Part shown: positions 39,456 through 51,400 of the stretch, in pieces
Numbering within the stretch: position 1 is the stretch's first letter
Layout of the letters: each line of letters opens with the position of its first letter
IMG/VR virus record: IMGVR_UViG_3300025598_000023
Location: 1 to 64,000 of that record
Strand: one strand, 5' to 3'
DNA from: a virus
DNA: 64,000 nucleotides
Notes under the pieces: generated by a model
The model's input: only the letters and a program-made list of their open reading frames with translations
Told to the model about the DNA's origin: nothing
Database searches by the model: none
Program-made: the position numbers and the translations under genes

Positions 39456-42400
39456 ATGGCAAAACGTAAAAGTGAAAACTTTTTACCACAAGTTTTTAGA
39501 ACTTTAGGAAATAAGCGTTTCTTAAATGCCACAATGGACCCACTTATTCAGGAACCAAGCCTGAAAAAGATGTATGGTTATATTGGTCAACAAGACCAAA
39601 GTCCTGTGTATAGTACAAGTGATTATTATATAAACGAGAATGACAGCTATAGTCAATTCTACCAACTTGAACCAGGCGTAGTAATTAAGAAACGTCAGTT
39701 AGGCACAAACACATACAAAGTTAGTAATGTTTATAACTATGTGGATTTATTAAATCAAATTTCTGCTGATGGTGGTCTTAATAATAATCATGACCGTCTT
39801 TTTACAAATCGTTATTATAGTTATAACGGATTTGTAGACCTTGATAAACTTACAAACTATCGTCAATATTATTGGGTGCCTGGCGGTCCTATGCCTGTTG
39901 ATGTTACTGCTGATTTAACACCAACACAAAAAGATTTTTATTTTCATCGTGTAAGTTATGTTGCTAACAATCAAACTGAATTACAAAGTGCTGCACTTGG
40001 TGAAACTGGTTATAGTGTTGATGGATACAACAATGTTGTTAATCCAACTATCACTCTGGTTCGTGGTGGCAGTTATAATTTTTATGTAAATCAAACAACA
40101 CAATTTTGGATTCAAACAGAAATTGAAACAAGTGGTACAAGCACTGTCCAAAGTAATATTTCTACTCGTGATGTTCTTGGTGTATCAAATAATGGAACTG
40201 AAAGTGGTATTGTTACTTTTACTGTTCCACTAAGCACTGCACAGGATTATCTAATAAATTATCCTACTTTGGGACAAACTGTAGATATTATCGTTGATGA
40301 TATTACTTACGAAGAGCTACAAGGCGTTAACTATGATAACTTTGTTTTACAATACAGTTTAGATGGTGTGCGTAGTTTTGATGGCAAATATGTAGTCTTG
40401 ACAAGTAATACAGGCTGGGCGGATGTTGACTCTAGCCAATGGCACGGTGTTTGGCGCATTAATGTCGATCCAGTAACACGATTAATGAATTTAACTTACA
40501 TTGCTGCTTGGGATAACCTTTATAAAGTATTTGTGAATCAAGGTGATGTGTATGGTCACGTTTATGCTTATAAAAACAACGTTGGTGTAGTCACTAAGTT
40601 TCCAACTCTTAGCGCAGCACAAAATGTGCTTTATTATGTTGATGCAGAAAATCAACTAGTTTATGGAACTATACGTTTAGTTGACCCTACACCAAATAGT
40701 TTGCTTAATGTAAATGACATTATAGGTAAAACAAATTACACAAGCCCAAATGGTGTGCAATTTACAACAGGACTAAAAGTTAAATTTACTGGTCTTGTTG
40801 TGCCAAGTGAGTATCAAGGCAATGAATATATTGTAGAAGGTGTTGGCAGTAGTATTAAACTTGTCAAATACAGTGATTTGGTAACACCAGAAACTATTAA
40901 TACTAATTTGGGAAGTAGTTTTGGTAATAGTCGAGGTTTTGATGCTGATGGCACTGGATTTGATGGAACCACTAATAGTCCAGAAATTAAAGATTATATC
41001 ACAATTAATCGTGCAAGCGTAGACGGAAATAGTTGGAGTCGCAACAATCGTTGGTTCCATCGTGATGTGCTACAAGCAGCAGCAAATTACAACAACACAA
41101 ACTATGCATTTGATAGCAATCAACAAGCAAAGCGTCCAATTGTAGAATTTTTACCAAACCTTAAACTTTATAATTATGGTCAAAATTATCGTGGTTATAT
41201 TACTTGTTTTGATAATGTAACAACAAGTGCCTTTTCGCAAATTGAAGGTGTCAATAGTTATGCTGTGCCTAAAGGCACATATGATAGTAAAAACAATAGA
41301 TTCGTTTATAACAGTGATGGTATACAACTATTAAATGGTGTAACAGTTGTTTTTATTAATGATATTGATCCAACTGTTCGTGCTACTCTATATCAAGTTC
41401 AAAATAACAAAACTCGCACTGCTGCAACATATAATCCTATTACTATAGGTTATTCAGGTGCAGATTCAACTCAACTTTTTATTAATGAATTAGGCAATAT
41501 TACTTTGGGTCAACATGTTACTGGCACTGGTATTGCTCAAAATACTACTGTTTTAAATGTTGATACCGTTAATAATGTTGTTACAATCAGTAATCCTATC
41601 ACAAGCGAAATACCAATTGGTCAAACAATTTATTTTGATAATAGTTTTGACCAAATTCATCTGGTTCCAATTAAAACATTTAGCGATGGTGATACTGTTG
41701 TTGCTATGGAAGGTGTTAATAATCAAGGCAATATGTATTATTACGCAAATGGCACTTGGACACTTGCACAAATTCGCAATAGTCGTCCACAGGCTCCGCT
41801 ATTTGATATCGTGGATGCAAACAGTATAAGTTTAAGTGACCAAACAGCTTATCCAAGCAGTAATTTTACTGGTAGCCAATTATTTGGATATGCAGTCAAT
41901 TTAACTCCAAATGCAAAACGTGATAGTGAATTGGGTTTTGCTCTTGTTTATAAAAGTATAGGTAATTTGGGAGATATTGTATTCCAAAATTACTATGCAA
42001 CCGACACATTTGATTATAATTTAAATCAAATTGACACTGTAAAAAATGTAAACACAGGCTATGCTGCTGTAATTAATAGTTATAATAATTATAGTTTTGC
42101 TAATGGTTGGTTCCGTGTTAGCGATAAAACAAAACAATACATCACCAAAACTTATAATGCTACAGTTATACAACTTAATAATTTTGATTTGGGTGTTGTT
42201 TATAACAATAGCTACTATGAAAACAATATCTTTGTTTATGTTAATGGTGTTTTGCAATCACGTGACAAATATACGCTACAAACAAGTTCTATAACAAGTG
42301 TTGTTAAATTTACAAATGATGTAGTGATAGGTGATCGCATATTTGTTAAAATATATGGCACAAGTGCACAGTATAAGCAAACTTACACTATGCCTCGCAA

Positions 42401-45400
42401 TTTAACTAACAACAGTGAAAATTCAGAATTTACAACAATTACACTAGGCCAGGTTCGCAATCATTTGATTGAAGTTGGTAATAATCTACTTAATTTAGTG
42501 GGTGAACCAGCAGGCGCTAATAATTTCCGTGATTTGAATTTTAACTATGTTGGTGGAAAATTACTACAACATAGCTCAAGTTTGCGACCAGCGGCATTGC
42601 TGTTTGCAAATAGTGATGTTGATCCTGTTCAAATTATACGCTTCGCAGCAGATAGCTATACAAATTTTAAAAATCAGTTGCTTGATTACATAAACAATCG
42701 TGAATTTGCTGATCCAACTAACTATGCAGCTTGCTTAGATTCCGTTCTCAAAGAGTTTGTAAATTTAAGCATTATCAGTTCACCTTTTTATTATACCGAT
42801 ATGGCTGCAAGTGGAAATGATTATTTAAAAAACACATACACCGTTAACAATACAACATATCGCAGTTATAATTTAACCCAAGATTTTAGTGATAATAACA
42901 AAGGTTATCGTTCACTATTAGTATACTTAAATGGTGTTCTGTTATTGAAAAACATTGATTATGTAATTAACTCAAAAGTAATTACTATCAATGATAGCGT
43001 CACTATTTCACGCAATGATGTTATTGAAGTTGTAGAGTATAGCAGCACTGCAGGTTGTAATATACCAGCTACACCAACAAAATTAGGCATTTATCCTAAA
43101 TTTACTCCACAGATTACTGTAGATGATAGCTATGTTGTGCCTACTACTGTTATCATTGGACATGATGGCAGTATTACCACTGCTTATGGTGACTACCGTG
43201 ATAATATTTTATTAGAATTTGAAAAACGTGTATACAACAATATCACAGTCACCTATGCCAATAATACTGATTACGATTTGCCAAGTGTTGTGCCTGGTGC
43301 TTTTCGCAAAACTGATTATAGCCTTACTGAATGGACACAATTACTTACACCTGCATATTTGCGTTGGAGCACTATCAACAATGTAAATGTATTTGATAAT
43401 ACAACTACTACTGGAAATGAGTTTACTTGGAATTACAGTAGTGGTGTAGATAAGTTGTTTTACAATCCAGTGCCAGGTTACTGGCGTGGAATTTATAGCT
43501 ATTTTTATGATACTGATAGACCACATACACATCCATGGGAAATGTTGGGTTTTGCAGAAAAACCAACTTGGTGGGAATTGCGTTATGGACCAGCACCATA
43601 TAGTAGTGCTAACAATGTTTTATGGACTGATCTTGAATTAGGTTTTGTATATGGCGGAAATCCAAATTTAAGTTATATTAACAGTCGTTACAGCCGTCCT
43701 GGTCTAAGTCAAATTATTCCAGTAGATGAACATGGTAATCTTGTGCCGCCAAACTTAAGTGTCATTACAAATTATGATGTTGCTACAGCAAGTCAAAATT
43801 GGCAAGTAGGTGACCAAAGCCCACAAGAAACTGCTTGGCGTCGTAGTGTAGATTTTCCATTTGCTGTCATGATTGCATGGTGTTTAGCAAGACCAGCAGA
43901 ATGGTGTGCGTTAAAATATAATACTCGTGATTTGACATATGTTGCAGCACTAAATCAAATAATCAATACAAAGACAAATAATCGCACATTTGATTTTACT
44001 GCTACAAGTGCAAATGATTATATACCAGGTTACAATGTATGGTTGCGTGATTATCTTACAAGCAATAACCTTGATATAATTGAAAACTGGAATAATGTCG
44101 TTAACAACAGCACATTCAATCTTGTTTACAAGATGGGTGCTTATACTGATAAAAGTTATCTAACAGTTGTTGCAGATCAAGTTAGTCCACAAAGCACAAA
44201 TAGTAGTGTTATTATTCCACAAGAAAATTACCAAGTTAAAGTTACTAAAAGTGCGCCTGTAGCACGTGCAGTATATAGTGCGGTTGTTGTTCAAAAAGTA
44301 ACTAATGGTTTCCAAATTACTGGATTTGACAAAGAACGTCCTTACTTCTTGACAATACCAAGTCGTGTCAGCAGTAACAATTATGGAATTGCAGTTGGAA
44401 ATCAAACAGCCATTATCTATCTTGATGCAGCAGAAGGTATTGTTACATATCCTTATGGCACTATCTTTAATACTACACAACAAGTAGTAGACTTCTTAAT
44501 AAGTTATGGTCGTTATCTTGAATCACAAGGATTTAGTTTTAATGAATTTTTAAGTGATAATTCAACTAAAAGCGATTGGACACTTGCTGCAAAAGAATTT
44601 TTATTCTGGGAACAACAAGATTGGGGTGATAGCACAGTTATAAGTTTAACCCCAACTGGCACCAGTGTTAATTTTAATAGTCTGTTTGGTATCGTTGACA
44701 CTATCACTAACACAAACAATTACACTAAAATTATCAATAGTGATAATGTCACGCTTACTGGTCGTGATTATCGTGTGTATCGTGATGACAACAACTTTAG
44801 TGTAACGCTGAAAAATGCGCAAAAAGGTATACACTTACTGGATATTGCTATTGTTCAGTATGAGCATACACTTATTTTTGATAATAACACTGTGTTTAAT
44901 GATATTCTTTATGATGAACAAACAGGCAGTCGTCAATTCCGACTGCGTATTGATGGCAGCAAAACACAAGATTGGAATGGTTCACTTTATGCGCCTGGTT
45001 TCTTTGTTAATGTAAGCGATATACCACAATGGGCTGCTTATACTGATTATTACACAGGCGATATTGTTCTATTCAAAGACAAGTATTATGCAGCACAAAA
45101 GTTTATACCAGGCACACAAAAGTTTGCAACCAGTGACTGGTATCTCATTAACGGCGATTTACTGTCTAAAAACCTAATTCCAAATATGGCAAGTGGTGCT
45201 GCACAGTTTATTAATTTCCATGATCCTGATGCAACTGACTTAAACAGTGCAGCAGATGCACTAAGCAAGAGTGAAACTGGATTTAGTCCACGCCAATACT
45301 TCACAGATTTGGGATTAGATAATACAAGCCAATATAAATTTTATCTTGGTATGATAGCTCAAAAAGGAACACAAGCTGTTCTTAATGCTTATCTACGCAA

Positions 45401-48400
45401 TTATCAAAAGCGTATTGATAGTAACATTAAAGTTAATGAACAGTGGGCTATTAAACTTGACAATTATGGTGGCACAAACGATAATGATAAATTAGAATTT
45501 AATATTGGTAATGCAACAAGTATCAATAACCAATACTTGTTCCAATTTATTAATGACACAGATGTTAGAAGTGTTGAATATAATAGTGTAAAACCAAGCG
45601 ATTTGTTATACAAGCCTCGCAGCTATACTACTGAAATCTTTGCACTTACTGAGCCACGCAAGCAAATTATACCTACTGCTGGTCCAGTCAATACAAGTGA
45701 TGTATCTGCCACAGTTTTTGATATTAGCAAGATTTACAATATATCAGCACTAAGTTCAATTCTTGGCGAAGGCAGTAAAATATGGATTGCTGCCGATACT
45801 AGCAATCAATGGGGCGTTTATCGCTTAAGTTCTACTGCTCCGCTTACTGTAGTTTCAGTTACCCAAGTAAGTCCAACAGAATTACAATTTACTACTAATG
45901 TTGCGCATAATCTATCACAATTTGATTATATTATGCTTAAAAATGGCAAAGTTCTTGGAACTGTAAGCAGTGCAACTGTTGTAGATTTAAGTGGATTTTA
46001 CAAAGTAAGCAGCGCAACCAATAACACATTCAACGTTAAAATCATGAATAATATAAGCATTGGCACTGGCTCTTTAGCAGCGACTATGCTTAAGTTAATT
46101 AATGTTCGTTATTCTACAGGCAATGACTTTGCAAACTTTATTCCAGTTCGTGGTTGGAATAGTGGCGAAATTGTTTATATTGATAACGGACCAAATGGCT
46201 ATAATGTTCTACAGAATACAAACAATTGGGCATATGCACAAACTAAAAGCCCAACATACACTGTTCCAAGTGACAACTATGGCAGTAGTGTAAAAATTAA
46301 TCATAGCCAAGGTTTTGCAATAGTTGGTGCGCCAAATAAAAATACAAGTGGCAGTGCTTTCATCTATGGCAAGCGTCAAGACAATACTTGGCAAGAAATT
46401 GGTATTCTAACTCCTGATAGTCGTGTCCGTGGTTTTGGTAGTAACGTTGATATTAATACTAACGATATAGCGTTTTTAAGTGCACCAACCACAAATAAAG
46501 GTGTAGTTTATACTGCTAATGTAAGCAGCCAGCAAATACAATTAACACAAGCTATTCACTATGATAATCTATATGTCATAAGTGCTGGTATTTCTCAAAG
46601 TAATGCATATTTGTTAATAAGCAATGTTAATGTTTTTGATGCTACCGCTAACATTGCTGTTCAAGCAAATTATAGCTTGGCTAATTTTGCTAATGGTATG
46701 GCAGTTGCCGTGCCTGGTGCAAACTCAACTATACAAATTGCAAATATTAGCTATGGATATCCATATCATAAGATTGGTTTAACTGCAAACTTAGCAACTC
46801 TTGGTCTTACTATCAGCGGTTCAACTAAGGTTGCAATTTACTCTAATGTAACACCACAAAGTCAGTTCGGATATAGCATTAGCGCAAGTGGCGATGGTAA
46901 TTGGTTGTATGTTGGCGAACCAACTACAAATAGTGTGTATGTTTACAAATATAATACTGTAGCACCCGTTACTTCATTGCGTCAAGGTGACGGTGTATCA
47001 ACCAGTTTCTCATATCCAAGTGGTGCTACTGGCAGTGAAAATGATGTTAAAGTATATGTTGATGGTGCGCTTAAGATTCCTTATCTTGATTATATTAAAA
47101 CACCAGGTCAAAATGCAATCACATTTGATGTAGCACCAACTGGTGGTTATGTAGCAAACGTGCTTACAACAAGTGGCGGTGTTGGCTATTATTATGGCAA
47201 TACAAGTGTTACGTTTAGTCCACCTTTAAGTGGTGTGACTGCTACAGGTAATGTTTGGATTTACCCAAACACAGCAATTGGTGGTGTGATTATCACAAAT
47301 CCTGGTAAAGGATATGGTTCTTTAGCACCTACTGCAACTATTAGTAGCACAAGTGGCAGCGGTGCTATTCTTACACCTGTACTCTACAATGCAAACATTG
47401 CAATTGTTTATGAAAGCCATTGGACAGAGACAAATAGAATTGTCACTGATGACCCACAAGTCGGTGGTTTTGGAACAAGTGTAAGCACAAACTATGATGG
47501 CAGTGTTGTTGTAATTGGTGCAGCTAATAGCAGTGCAACATTTAGTTCAACATATAACAATGCAGGTAAAACTTATATCTATGACCGCACTGCGGAAGTA
47601 TTTGTTGCTGATGGTGCTACAACCACATTCCAATTAAGCAATGCATTAGCTAATTTAACAACTATTACTACACCTACTCTTACTACAAATCCAACTATAT
47701 TTGTAGATGGTGTAATTGCACAACCCACAGTCAATTATAGCACAAATTCAATTACTTTTGGTAATGCGCCTGCACGTGGTAGCACTATCACTGTTCAGAC
47801 AAACCAATTCATTAATACTAAAATTGGCACAACTGATGTTGGACAACAAAATAGCAATTATGGAACTGCTGTTAAAATTAGTAGCGATGGTAGCAGTGTG
47901 TTCTCATCAGCTACTGGTTATGGTTTAAGTTCAAGTCAGAATGGTGTTGTTTTCTATCTGCTTAACATACCACAAAAGTATGGCACTGCAATAGGTAGTA
48001 AATCAAACTTTACAATGACAGCTAACAATGCTGTGCGTATAAATGACCAATTAGTTACATTTACTGGTGGTAGTGTAACACAAACTGTCAATGATATCAA
48101 TGCGGCAAATATTCCACATGTTACTGCTTCTGTATTGTCTAACAATGCAATCTCAATCACTACAACTGATGTTAACAGTGCAGCAAAATTGCGTCTGCGC
48201 AATGAAGTAGGTGATCCATTAAACACTATGGGTATTGTTCAATGGCACACAATTCAACGTTTGAACAACCCTATTGCACAAGACACAGCACACTTTGGTG
48301 AAATCTTAAGTTTAAGTCCAGATGGCAATAGTTTGGTTGTTGGCAGCACATTAAGTAACACCAAAGCAAAAACAACATTTGATAACAATACTACAACATT

Positions 48401-51400
48401 TGATATCAATAATATCAAATTTATTGATACAGTGTATCGCAGTGGTGCTGCACACATCTATGAATACCAAACACTAAGTGATGAAAACTATTCAAGCTAT
48501 GGAAGTTATGCATATGGAACATTAATTAATGACCAATTTGCAAACAGCTTTGACCGTTATTCAACTGGTGTTGATATTAGCGATAACTTTATTTTAGTTG
48601 GTGCTCCACAAGCAAAAATACTTGGAAACCAAACAGGCGCACTATATGTCTATTACAATCCTAATGCTCAACCAATTTGGCAAAGCATACGCAGCGGTGG
48701 TGTAGATTATGATAGTCGTAAGATTGACCGTGCTTACATTTATAATAGCACAACTGCAAAACTTATTGCAGATTTGCCAGTTTATGATTTAACAAATGGC
48801 TATTTGCCAAATGAAAGTGAGACATATCTTGATTTTGTTATCAACTATGATCCAGCAGTTTATAACAAGGTTCCAACTACAATTAGCTTTAACTATGATC
48901 GTAAAAATGCTTGGGGCAAAGAAAAAGTTGGAAAACTTTGGTGGGATATTAATAGTATAAAATACTATGACAACACACAAGGCTCTACACTTGATAGATT
49001 TAACTATTGGGGATTAGCTTTTCCAGCAAGCACAGTTAATGTGTATGAATGGATTGAAAGTAGTGTTCCGCCAAGTCAATATGTTGGCTCAAGTGCAAAC
49101 AATACTCCACTTTACACTATTAATGAAGTGTATAGTTCACATGTAGAGATTGATAGTGCAACTGGTTTGGCTGTTACAAAGTATTACTTCTGGGTAAAAA
49201 ATAGCACACTAAGTTCTGGTTCACGACCAAGTGCATTGGAAATTCAAGGTCAAATCAGCCTACCTCGTGCAAGCAGTGAACCATTTGCAGCAGTAATATC
49301 ACCAAATGCAATTGCACTATTCAATGCTAAAAATCTAATCAGCATTGATACCAATATGGTTATTGAATATAAAGATGTTCTGAAACCACAGCTAACTCAT
49401 GCCGAATGGACTATGTTTGATGATGGCACAGATTTAGGTGTGGCATATGAGTTCTTGAATAAACTTAATGATAGTCTAACTGGTCAAGATAGTAGCGGTA
49501 GAATTGTTCCTGATCCAAAACTTCCTATTGGTCAACGTTATGGCATGGATGTAAAACTACGTCAAAGTTTATTCAAAGATCAATATACTGGACGCAAGCT
49601 GTTTGTTGAAAATGTAAATCAAGTTTGCACAACATATCCAATGGTTCTTACTCGTGGAGCAGCAATTGCAGCATTGGACAGTTATGATCCAATTCCAGAT
49701 TCAACTCATTATAAAACTGTAGTAGCTAATATTACTGAATTGGGTTATCTTGATACCAATACATATCTTGCTGGTGACCAAGTTCTTGTTTTAAGCGATA
49801 GCAACAGCTATAATAACGGTTGGAGTTTATATAGACTAAATGTTGTATTCCCTAATACTAGAACATGGGAAATTATACAAGTTCAAACTTATAACTTAAA
49901 CAATTATTGGAGTTATGCTGATTGGTATAGCAATCAATATAATCCACAAGCACAACCAAAATATACTGTTACAACAGAAAATGATATTAGCAATTTACAA
50001 CTTAATGTTGGTGATATCATTTATGTTACTAACAGTTCTAATGGAGGTTGGAAACTTGTTCTTGTGACAATTAATAGTCTAGAACTATTAGCTCAGCAAA
50101 ATGCTACAATACAATTTAATACTAATTTGTATGATCTAGTTGCTGCAAACCAAGGATTCCAAACAAGTAGTTTCCAAAGTGTTGGATTTGATAGCGATAG
50201 CAATTTAGAATTTAATAAAATATTCAATATTATTCGTGATGAATTATTAATCAATGAATATCGCAGCAACTTTAAAGATTTAGTAAAACTCATGATTGAT
50301 ACGATTGCTACACAGCATCAGCAAACAGATTGGTTAATGAAGACCAGTCTAGTTGATTTGTATCATCGTGTTCGTGGTTTGGATCAATTACCAGTTTACC
50401 TTCCACAGCCAGAAACTACTGTCACAAGTTTCTTTAGTGAAGTAAAACCATATCACACTAAGCTAAAACAATATATTGCAACATATGATAATACTGATTC
50501 TATTGATGTTGCATACAACAATGTAACTGATTTTGATTTACAACCATATAAAAACAGTGTTGTAAACAAATATCGCAGTCCACAATTAGGCAATAGCTTG
50601 GATACTAACGCTTTAGAAACACAAAGTGTTTATCAACCATGGCTAAACAACCATTCTTATGGCGTTAAACGTGTTGATACAGTCACTGGCGGAGTTGGTT
50701 ATGATGCAAATACCACAGTAACTATTGTTGGTGATGGCACTGGTGCAACAGCACAAGCGTATGTTGTCAATGGCAGTGTTTACACAATTACTGTTACTAA
50801 TAGCGGTGTAGGCTACACTTATGCAAAAGCATATATTTTTGGTGTTGGAACTGGTGCAACAGCTACTGTGATTCTTGGCAATGGATTGGCTCGTACAACA
50901 AACACAATTATTAAGTATGACCGATATACATATTTTAATAATATTCAAGATTGGGCTGCTAATACTTCCTATACTGTAAACACGGTAGTAGTGTATAATG
51001 CTCAACCATACCGTGTTATTACTGCTCATACAAGCGGAACTACATTTGATTCAACTAAGTTTGTGCAACTTGTAGTAAAAGTTTGGTATCCAGAAACACA
51101 ATATGCACTCAATGATGTAGTCATTTATAAAAATACAAGTTATACAGTCAATGAAACATTTACAAGTGCTCTTACATTTGATACAGCCAATTTGACAGCG
51201 TATAACGGTCTATGGCTTGATAATGCATGTGACCGTGTTTGGGCATACTATGCCCCAAAAAGCGGTATGGCTGGTCGCGATTTAGCGCAAGTTATGACTG
51301 GAATGGAGTATAGTGGCAATCAAATTATTGGTCCTAACTTTAATCAAACACCAGGTTATGATGTAAACAATTACGACTACATAGCTTATGATTATGAAAC